Source: Fibrobacter sp.
GTDB lineage: Bacteria > Fibrobacterota > Fibrobacteria > Fibrobacterales > Fibrobacteraceae
DNA length: 64,000 bases
Direction: 5' to 3'
NCBI GenBank assembly: GCA_045597545.1
Contig: JAZLKH010000011.1
Location: 1,284-65,283 of the forward strand
Within the stretch, counting starts at the first letter, position 1. Each line of letters begins with the position of its first letter. The position numbers were made by a program, and so were the translations under genes. Below, piece by piece: positions 18,282 to 25,770 of the stretch. A model generated the notes under the pieces. It was given only the letters and a program-made list of their open reading frames with translations, did not search any database and was not told the origin of the DNA.

Positions 18282-19562
18282 ATGGTTCGAAAAGTCCTCG
18301 TCATCGGCTCCGTCTACCCGCGCTTTCACGAAGACGCCGAAGTCCCATGGCTGCGCGCCTCCGTAGCCCACTTAAAAAAAGCCGGCATCGACATCCAAGT
18401 CCTGGCACCCGCCTACAAGGGTCTAAAAAGCCACAGCATCGATGGCGTTCACGTCAATCGCTTCCGCTATGCGCCCGCCAGCTGGGAAATGCTGACCCAC
18501 GAGGAAGGCGCCCCAAGCAAGATGGCCTCCAGGCCCTGGCTACAGCTTCTAGCGATTCCCTACATCATCAGCGGATTCTTTAAATGCCTGGGCCTTTGCC
18601 GCAAGTGGAAGCCCGACGTCATCCACGCCCATTGGCCATTCCCCCATGCTTTCATCGCGCTGGGGGCTGCAAAACTATTCCGCATTCCCCTGGTGCTGAA
18701 CTTCCACGGTGCAGAACTTCTGCTGATCCGCAAGAAGAAGTGGGTAAGGCCCTTCCTGAAATTCGCCATCGGCCAGGCCCAGGCCGTATTTGCAAACAGC
18801 AGCTTTACCGCAGGCAAGATCAAGGCACTGCGCAATGTTGATGTGGAGTGGAGCCCCTACGGAACGACCTTAGGTAGCGAGGCTCCAGGTTTTGACGCCT
18901 CCTCACGTCATTCTGAGCAAAGCGAAGAATCCAGAGCGGCATCCATAGCAGTGCATCCCGTCAACGGCAAGTTCAGGATCCTCTTCGTAGGCCGCCATAT
19001 CGAACGCAAGGGCATCGAGCACCTGATTGAAGCGGCAAGGTATTTGCCCGCCGACAAGTTCGAAATCCGCATTGTCGGAGTCGGCGACCTTACCGAGAAA
19101 CTGAAACGGCAGACCCATGACATGGCCATTTCTGACGAAGCCATCACCGGCAACGAATTCGGTGGACCTTGTGATGTTGTCTTTACGGGTAAGCTCAGTC
19201 CCAGGGACCTCGAGGCGGAATACCGTAGCGCCAACGTATTTACCCTGCCCGCCATCGTAGACAGCAAGGGCGACACCGAAGGCCTGGGCGTGGTCCTCAT
19301 CGAAGCCATGGAGCTGAACCTCCCCATCGTGGCAAGCAACGTGGGCGGTATCCCCGATGTGGTAGTTGACGAGGAAAGCGGTCTTCTGGTACCGGAGAAG
19401 GACCCGGAAGCGCTGGCCCGTGCGTTTAAGCGCCTAGAGGCCGATCCCGACCTGGTCAAAAAACTCTTGGCGGGTTCCCGCAAGCGAATCGTCGACTGCT
19501 TTACCTGGGACGGAATCATTGAACGTCAGATTGCAGTTTACGACAAGGTTTGCAAGAGGTAA
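18282..19562 (+). CDS. Glycosyltransferase family 4
   Basis: DVIHAHW, FVGRHIERKG, EGLGVVLIEAM, VASNVGGIPDVV. Confidence 0.92.
   Translation: MVRKVLVIGSVYPRFHEDAEVPWLRASVAHLKKAGIDIQVLAPAYKGLKSHSIDGVHVNRFRYAPASWEMLTHEEGAPSKMASRPWLQLLAIPYIISGFFKCLGLCRKWKPDVIHAHWPFPHAFIALGAAKLFRIPLVLNFHGAELLLIRKKKWVRPFLKFAIGQAQAVFANSSFTAGKIKALRNVDVEWSPYGTTLGSEAPGFDASSRHSEQSEESRAASIAVHPVNGKFRILFVGRHIERKGIEHLIEAARYLPADKFEIRIVGVGDLTEKLKRQTHDMAISDEAITGNEFGGPCDVVFTGKLSPRDLEAEYRSANVFTLPAIVDSKGDTEGLGVVLIEAMELNLPIVASNVGGIPDVVVDEESGLLVPEKDPEALARAFKRLEADPDLVKKLLAGSRKRIVDCFTWDGIIERQIAVYDKVCKR
18907..18932 (+). repeat. REP-like element inside the GT4 gene
   Basis: GTCATTCTGAGCAAAGCGAAGAATCC (ATTCT/AGAAT stem; CTGAGC-N4-CGAAG core), in frame (RHSEQSEES). 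Confidence 0.55.
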
Positions 19563-19579
19563 TATCCTAAAGGTCAACT

Positions 19580-20200
19580 ATGAACTTTCTTGAAGAAAAG
19601 ATTCTCCGCGACGGCGTCATTAAGGAAGGCAACATCCTTAAGGTCGACAGTTTCTTGAACCATCAGATCGACGTGGATATCATGCGACAGATGGCCTACG
19701 AATTCCAGCGCCGTTACCGCGATGTGGAAATCAACAAGATTCTCACTATCGAAGCCAGCGGCATCGCCATCGCGACGCTCTTGGGACACCTTTACGACGT
19801 GCCCGTGGTTTTCGCAAAGAAGAGCCAGACTGCCAACAGTACCGACGACAAGTACGTGGCCCAGGCCTACTCCTTCACCCACAAGAAGATGAACAACGTG
19901 TTCATCTCCAAGCCTTATATGAAAGCTACCGACAAGGTCCTGATCGTGGATGACTTCTTGGCAGATGGCGCTGCGGCTCATGCCCTTATCGACCTGGTAC
20001 ACCAGGCGGGCGGTACCGTGGCAGGTCTTGGCATCGCCATCGAAAAGGGGCAGCAGAAGGGCGGTCGCACCCTTCGCGAAGAAGGCTACCGCGTAGAATC
20101 CATCGCCATCGTGGAATCCATGGATTGGCAGACCCAGACCATCAAGTTTAGGGAACAGCCGGAATTGCCCTTGAAAAATACGAATTTGAAACTGGGGTAG
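19580..20200 (+). CDS. xpt: Xanthine phosphoribosyltransferase
   Basis: ILKVDSFLNHQID, TIEASGIA, VFAKK, YSFTHK, VLIVDDFLADG, IEKGQQ. Confidence 0.93.
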   Translation: MNFLEEKILRDGVIKEGNILKVDSFLNHQIDVDIMRQMAYEFQRRYRDVEINKILTIEASGIAIATLLGHLYDVPVVFAKKSQTANSTDDKYVAQAYSFTHKKMNNVFISKPYMKATDKVLIVDDFLADGAAAHALIDLVHQAGGTVAGLGIAIEKGQQKGGRTLREEGYRVESIAIVESMDWQTQTIKFREQPELPLKNTNLKLG

Positions 20201-20264
20201 GTTTCAGGTTCGAGGCACGAGGCTCCAGGTTCGAGGTTCGAGGCGCCTGGTTCGAGGCACGAGT
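20195..20264 (+). repeat. Tandem heptamer repeat (NNCNAGG, about 10 units)
   Basis: GGGTAGG TTTCAGG TTCGAGG CACGAGG CTCCAGG TTCGAGG TTCGAGG CGCCTGG TTCGAGG CACGAGT fills the xpt-permease spacer. Confidence 0.8.
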
Positions 20265-20269
20265 AAATT

Positions 20270-21583
20270 ATGAATACATCTTCAGAAAACATTTATCAGT
20301 TGGACGGTCGCGTGCCGGTGCTGAAGGCCTTGCCCTTCGGCCTGCAGCATGTGCTGGCCATGTTCGTCAGCAACATCACCCCCATCATCATTCTCGCCAA
20401 TGTGGTGGGCATCGAGAAGGGTCTTACGGCCTCCCTGATTCAGAACTGCATGATCATCGCAGGCATTGGCACCCTGGTGCAGCTCTACCCCGTCTGGAAA
20501 ATCGGCTCCCGTCTGCCCATCGTCATGGGCATCAGCTTTACCTTTCTTTCGGTAGCCATCGGCATCGGAACCACACAGGGCATGGGCACTCTCATGGGCG
20601 CTGTTATCGTGGGTGGTATCGTGGAAGGCCTGCTTGGCCTTTGCGCAAAGTACTGGCTTAAGCTTATTCCGCATATCGTTGCCGCCACCGTGGTTACGGC
20701 TATCGGTTTCTCGCTGCTCCCCATCGGCGCAAACTCTTTCGCCGGCGGCCAGGGTTCCGCTGACTTCGGCGCCACCCACAACTGGATCGTAGGCAGCGTC
20801 ACCTTGCTCACCTGCCTACTCACCCAGGTTTTCGCCAAGGGTTTCCTCCGCTCCCTCTCTGTGCTGGTGGGCCTTATCGTGGGCTACATTCTTGCACTTT
20901 GCATGGGCATGGTGGACTTCTCGGGACTTGCAGGCTGCAGCGTCATTGCGCTCCCCAAGATTCTTCCCTTCACTCCGGAATTCCACATCGGCCCCATCCT
21001 TTCCGTTGTCGCCATCTTCCTGGTTTCCGCAACCGAAACGGTGGGCGACTCAAGCGCATTGGTGAATGGAGCCCTCAAGCGTCAGATTCATAAATCCGAA
21101 ATGGGCGGCGCCATCAGTTGCGACGGTTTCGTCAGCACCATCTCCGGCATCTTCGGCTGCACCCCTATCACTTCCTTTAGCCAGAACGTGGGCCTAGCCT
21201 CCCTCTCCGGCGTAGTGAACCGCTTCACCATCGCCACGGGCGCTATCGTCATGCTCATGGGCGGCATCTTCCCTCCCATCGGAACCCTGCTTACCACCAT
21301 CCCGCAGGCGGTACTTGGCGGCTGCACCATCATGATGTTCGGCTCCATCCTGTTTGCAGGTTTCGGTATGCTTTCCAAGAGCGGATTTAGCCAGCGCAAC
21401 ATGATCATCGTAAGCCTTTCTTTGAGTGTGGGCCTTGGCTTCACTCAGGCAACGGGCATGTTCAAGGCCTTCCCCCAGATCGTGCAGACCATCTTCGCCG
21501 AGAACTGCGTAGCCGTAGTGTTCCTGCTGGCAGTGATTCTGAACCTGGTTCTGCCCAAGGAAAAAGAACCTGACAAAACATAA
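20270..21583 (+). CDS. pbuX: NCS2 nucleobase:cation symporter (xanthine permease)
   Basis: GLQHVLAMF, GSRLPIVMGISF, ETVGD, TSFSQNVG signature; follows xpt. Confidence 0.88.
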   Translation: MNTSSENIYQLDGRVPVLKALPFGLQHVLAMFVSNITPIIILANVVGIEKGLTASLIQNCMIIAGIGTLVQLYPVWKIGSRLPIVMGISFTFLSVAIGIGTTQGMGTLMGAVIVGGIVEGLLGLCAKYWLKLIPHIVAATVVTAIGFSLLPIGANSFAGGQGSADFGATHNWIVGSVTLLTCLLTQVFAKGFLRSLSVLVGLIVGYILALCMGMVDFSGLAGCSVIALPKILPFTPEFHIGPILSVVAIFLVSATETVGDSSALVNGALKRQIHKSEMGGAISCDGFVSTISGIFGCTPITSFSQNVGLASLSGVVNRFTIATGAIVMLMGGIFPPIGTLLTTIPQAVLGGCTIMMFGSILFAGFGMLSKSGFSQRNMIIVSLSLSVGLGFTQATGMFKAFPQIVQTIFAENCVAVVFLLAVILNLVLPKEKEPDKT

Positions 21584-21610
21584 TTTTTCGCAAAAAATGA
21601 TTCTACGCAG

Positions 21611-21637
21611 AGGCTCCAGTTTTCTGGAGCCTTTTTT
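21611..21637 (+). terminator. Intrinsic terminator
   Basis: AGGCTCCAG-TTT-CTGGAGCCTTTTTT. Confidence 0.7.
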
Positions 21638-21650
21638 CAATGTTTCTTTG

Positions 21651-22277
21651 TTATAAAATTACCGCGCCAATAACGGCGGCAAATACAATCATCTTGATGG
21701 GGCCGATTTTTATCTTTCGAGCCCTGTCGCCCTTTCCGATGGTAAAGCCCTTGGTCAAGGCGAAAGTCAAGAGGAACAGTCCGGTGGCAACGCCGAAGTG
21801 GAGCGCCTCCTCAGCGTGACCACCTAGGCACTCAAACGGGTTCCCAAAATTTTCCCCGTTGGTCAGCATCAAAACCGCAGCCAGCAAAAGGCCCACCACC
21901 ACAGGCTTCAAGGCGTCCAGAACCGCGCGGACCTTGGGGTGCCTGGCGTACTTCATAAGGAAGCGGCTGATGAGCAGCATCAAGATCAGGGAAGGCAGCA
22001 CCACAGAGAAAGTGGCGACGCAACTTCCCAAAACGCAAAGCCAAGGCGCGGCACCCGTGTTCTGCAAAGCGGTAAAGCCAGCATAAGTGGCGGAGTTAAT
22101 TCCGATGGGGCCAGGAGTCATCTGGCTGATGGCGACGATGTCGATAAAGTCCGCAGAAGTCATCCAGTGGTGATTGAAAACCACTTCGCGCTGGATCAAG
22201 GAAAGCATGCCGTAGCCGCCACCAAATCCAAAGAGGCCTATCTGGAAGAAGGTATAGAAAAGCTTGAGGAAAATCAT
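21651..22277 (-). CDS. Short-chain chromate transporter (CHR family), second subunit
   Basis: FFQIGLFGFGGGYGM, SQMTPGPIGINSAT, LKPVVVGL; start at Met60 of the tracked ORF. Confidence 0.88.
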   Translation of the reverse strand: MIFLKLFYTFFQIGLFGFGGGYGMLSLIQREVVFNHHWMTSADFIDIVAISQMTPGPIGINSATYAGFTALQNTGAAPWLCVLGSCVATFSVVLPSLILMLLISRFLMKYARHPKVRAVLDALKPVVVGLLLAAVLMLTNGENFGNPFECLGGHAEEALHFGVATGLFLLTFALTKGFTIGKGDRARKIKIGPIKMIVFAAVIGAVIL

Positions 22278-22365
22278 AGGAGCTTTGAGGCCGGTCGTGC
22301 AAGCACTCCCTCTGAGAAATGAGTACGCACCTGCGGTGCTTTGAGGTTTATGCAATAGAGGAACA

Positions 22366-23052
22366 TTACTTTTTCCCCTCTGAAATTTCAGCGTTTGATT
22401 TTTCGGCGATGGGATTCGTCGGCGAAGCCTCGGGTTTATTACTGCCGCGGCCAAAAAGATAACCGCCGATACCAGCTGCCAGAATAATCAGAACCGGCGA
22501 CACGCCCAAGAGCCAAATCAGGAGGGCGCTCACAATAGGCACCCAGAAGGTGTAGCGGTTCAGCTTCGCCTTTTTCGCAAGGTTAAACGTAGGCACCGCT
22601 ATGAGCGCCACCACGGCAGGGCGAATCCCGCGAAAGGCCGCAGCCACAATCTCGTTATCCTTGAACTGATGGAAGAACAGCGCAATCAGCAAAATGATAA
22701 TGAAGCTAGGCAGCGCCGCCCCAATGCACGAAACCAAGGCGCCCTTCACACGACGCAAACGGTACCCGATAAAAATGCTGATGTTCACTGCAAAAATGCC
22801 AGGGCAACTCTGGGCGATCGCCAGCAGGTCCGTAAAGGCTTCACGGTCAAGCCACTTCTTCTTATCGATAATCTCGGACTCGATCAGCGGAATCATGGCA
22901 TAGCCACCGCCAAAGGTGAACAAGCCTATCTTGAAGAAAGTCAGGAAGCTATCAAGATAGATATTGCGGGAAACCGCAACACCATTTGAGGCCTGCGCGG
23001 ACTCTGGAGAAGAATGCTGCGCAAGCTCTGACTGAGGCACTTTTTCGGGCAT
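22366..23052 (-). CDS. Short-chain chromate transporter (CHR family), first subunit
   Basis: FFKIGLFTFGGGYAM, AQSCPGIFAVN, GIRPAVVALI. Confidence 0.88.
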   Translation of the reverse strand: MPEKVPQSELAQHSSPESAQASNGVAVSRNIYLDSFLTFFKIGLFTFGGGYAMIPLIESEIIDKKKWLDREAFTDLLAIAQSCPGIFAVNISIFIGYRLRRVKGALVSCIGAALPSFIIILLIALFFHQFKDNEIVAAAFRGIRPAVVALIAVPTFNLAKKAKLNRYTFWVPIVSALLIWLLGVSPVLIILAAGIGGYLFGRGSNKPEASPTNPIAEKSNAEISEGKK

Positions 23053-23203
23053 GCCGTAAATTTAGAAAATGCGCCTACTGGTTGCATGTCCCAAGCTTGC
23101 CGATGGCAAAAATCTTGAAGGACGCACGAATGCCCGGCTGGAAATACTTGAAGTGAACCTGGCTTACATTCTTTACTACGTCATCGCGGTTCAACTTTTT
23201 GCC

Positions 23204-24721
23204 TCAGCCCTGCTGCACGAACTTATCCCAAGAAACATCGGCATTGATAATGCTTGACGTTGCAGGAAGCTTTGCCTGGTAATAGTCAAAGTTGGTAATG
23301 GAGCTATCGCCAGGGGAACGAAGTGTAATGAACATGTCTTCAGTCGATGTATAGACCACGCAAAAGCCCTTCCAATTCGTAAGGTCGTTACCGTTTCCTT
23401 CCAAGCCAGAAACATCAAAGCCCACAATAGTGTAGGGCTTATCTACATCGCCCAGTTCCGAAATGCCATACAGGTAACCGTACTTATCGCGTGATGCAGC
23501 TTCAAAGCCGTAGCCCAGATCGCCGCCCGGCCAAACCACATTGGAAGATTCATCGGTAGTCCACCAGATATAACCAAAGGTATCGCTGCCGTCGTCCAGT
23601 TCCGTGTTGACGCGGCTGCAGACTTTACCGCGGTCGGGGTCAGAAACATAGCGGCAGTCTCTTGGGCAGTACATGGAGCCGGAGCAATCCAGTTCAGAAA
23701 TTTTTGCCACAGTGTCCATTGCTACCACAGGGTATTCCGTGGTATATAGGCTCTCTTTTTCTACGAACAGCTCATAAAGTTCCCAGTGTCCTTCCTTGCA
23801 GCGGAACTTAGATTTATAAAGCTTGGATTTCGTATTGATGTTTGGCAGAATCGCACCTTCCATTTCGGAGTTGCATACATTCAAACCATAAGCACCATTC
23901 CAGAAAAGTTCCACATACTTTTCGAAGGCTGGAATCTTTTCAGAAATTTTCCAGGAAAGAATGTTCTTGCGAATGGAATCCAGGTTCGCGCTGTAGGCTT
24001 CGTCTGCCGCAAAGGCCTTGGCGGTAGAATCGTCCCAGACACCGTCCTGCTGGATATCGCCAACAAAGTCAGCAACCGCCTTGGAGAACTCGGATTCCGT
24101 GCGGCCCAACTGCATCAGCACAGAAACAGCAAGCAGGGCGGCGTTGGATTCGCCGTCGCCAAAGATGTTCAAGTCTTCGGGGCTTGCGTCCAGGGAGTCC
24201 TTCACGAAGGCAGAAAGGATTTCGCGGTCAGCCTGCAGTTTTGCGTCCTTCACGGAAAGGCTGTCGTTATGGACCAGCCAGAGGGCGCGCTCGTATTCCA
24301 TGTGGGTGAGCAAGTTGATGTTCACGTTTTCGCGATCAGAAAGATCTGTCAACGCATTCAAGGTAATGGGGCTTGCCGTAATCTTTCCCGTCAGTTCGCT
24401 GTAATACGGGCCTGTTGCCTCCAGCAAGGCGTATTGGGATTTCAGATTGATGTGCGCCACGGAGAAGTCGCCGTTATCGCTGGTGACTGCGCCCTTGAAC
24501 ACGCTACCGGTCTGGATCATGGTCGTACCTTCCAGCTCAAAGACCTGTATCTTGGAACCGTTGATGAGCGGCCCCTTCTGAGACACGCCCGCAACAACCT
24601 TGTCCACAATGGCAATCGAGTTTTCGGCTTCGGTAGTACCGCCCGCATGGGAATCTCCATCGGAGCAGGCAAAAAAGGTCAAAGCCGAAAAACAAAGCAC
24701 AACAGGAAATCTACGTTTCAT
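23204..24721 (-). CDS. Fibrobacter paralogous lipoprotein (QKGP/NINxLTHxE domain plus C-terminal CIA30/CBM11-like domain), interrupted by a TGA 42 codons before the natural end at 23075
   Basis: FFAC lipobox; shares GVSQKGP, YALLEA, DLSDR..NINLLTH and EDLNI with 25771-28614; frame continues past the TGA to TAG at 23075. Confidence 0.75.
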   Translation of the reverse strand: MKRRFPVVLCFSALTFFACSDGDSHAGGTTEAENSIAIVDKVVAGVSQKGPLINGSKIQVFELEGTTMIQTGSVFKGAVTSDNGDFSVAHINLKSQYALLEATGPYYSELTGKITASPITLNALTDLSDRENVNINLLTHMEYERALWLVHNDSLSVKDAKLQADREILSAFVKDSLDASPEDLNIFGDGESNAALLAVSVLMQLGRTESEFSKAVADFVGDIQQDGVWDDSTAKAFAADEAYSANLDSIRKNILSWKISEKIPAFEKYVELFWNGAYGLNVCNSEMEGAILPNINTKSKLYKSKFRCKEGHWELYELFVEKESLYTTEYPVVAMDTVAKISELDCSGSMYCPRDCRYVSDPDRGKVCSRVNTELDDGSDTFGYIWWTTDESSNVVWPGGDLGYGFEAASRDKYGYLYGISELGDVDKPYTIVGFDVSGLEGNGNDLTNWKGFCVVYTSTEDMFITLRSPGDSSITNFDYYQAKLPATSSIINADVSWDKFVQQG

Positions 24722-25547
24722 TTTTTTCTTCTTTTGAATACGTTAGTGGAAACAATTGAAAATTCATTTGATAGACGCGATCGGATTCGTTATCGTTAGT
24801 CGTAATCGCCACTACCTTTCTGCGGAACTCTTCCAGTTCCTTTAAAATCTGTTCGTAAGAATTTTTGCTGATGCCAAGGGTCAGCGCAGAAAAATTTCTT
24901 TCTGAAGTCGGGATAGTATCGAGAGTATCTAGGGCAAGGGTACTCATCTGCCTATGGAAATTCCTGACGGCAAGGGAAGCCACAGGAATAGGCCCAGTGG
25001 CAACACTCTTCTCTGTCATCTCGTAATTTCCGTCGGCACTCACACGCAGCATGCCGTTTTCCATTAAAAAGCGAACGGCATTTTCGACCTCTGCGGCAGA
25101 CACCTTCGGAACGCAGCGCTTTGCCATTTCAGAAGCTTCTGCACAGCCCATGGTAGGCGCAAGCTCGCGAATAGTCGGATAGACCCATGAGGAAAAATAG
25201 CTGTAGTGGGCATCGTCGATTGCGCCCACCTTATGCTCCTTGGCGATTCTCCTCATGGTCTCGTAGGCGGCCTTGCGGTCGGCATCACGCTTCGCCTGGT
25301 TGAACTCCACCAGGTTCTGGAAAAAATCCAACTCGTAGCCGGCAAGGTTCATGGCCTCGCCCACCTTGCGGACCACCTTTCTGTTCAGTCCGTTCTTTCC
25401 CTCGCTCACAAGCTTCAAAAACACCGGCGAAGAGTAGCCCGCCCGGGCGGCAAAGTCGCGCCACGAAAAAGCCGCCGTCCGCTTCTTTTCGGTGTAAAAG
25501 TCCTGCATGAACTTGCGATAATCCAGGTATTCGAGTATAGACTTCAT
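24711..25547 (-). CDS. TIGR02147 family protein (Fibrobacter paralogous family, N-terminal HTH-like region)
   Basis: MKSILEYLDYRKFMQDFY..KK...FSWRDFA..AGYSSP, YFSSW...IREL, ERNFSALTLGI, VYQMNFQLFP. Confidence 0.9.
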   Translation of the reverse strand: MKSILEYLDYRKFMQDFYTEKKRTAAFSWRDFAARAGYSSPVFLKLVSEGKNGLNRKVVRKVGEAMNLAGYELDFFQNLVEFNQAKRDADRKAAYETMRRIAKEHKVGAIDDAHYSYFSSWVYPTIRELAPTMGCAEASEMAKRCVPKVSAAEVENAVRFLMENGMLRVSADGNYEMTEKSVATGPIPVASLAVRNFHRQMSTLALDTLDTIPTSERNFSALTLGISKNSYEQILKELEEFRRKVVAITTNDNESDRVYQMNFQLFPLTYSKEEKNET

Positions 25548-25617
25548 TTCTTTTCCAAATCTAGGTTTTTACAAAAACAGGTTTTTCAAAGTTCTTGCAT
25601 AGGCAAAACTTTCGTCT

Positions 25618-25745
25618 GTATTCTAAGCGTGTATCGCATCGCAATATAGAAATGAAATTTTCAAAAATCAATGATTTTATTTAAAATAAAGCGTTTTTCG
25701 TATCGTTTTTAAATTGACTAACAGTCTTTTATAGGCTATTTTTAT
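25618..25745 (+). promoter_or_regulatory. Conserved promoter/operator block with GTATCG boxes
   Basis: GTATTCTAAnnGTGTATCGnATCG ... TTTTCGTATCGTTTTTAnATTGAC; near-identical block at 32836-32962. Confidence 0.6.
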
Positions 25746-25770
25746 TCAAAAAAGGCAAGGAGCCACCACT

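Noticed and set aside
23204-23206. Genome-wide TGA recoding or selenocysteine
   Set aside because: Other genes terminate at TGA normally, the aligned residue is Trp not Cys, and no SECIS-like hairpin is evident
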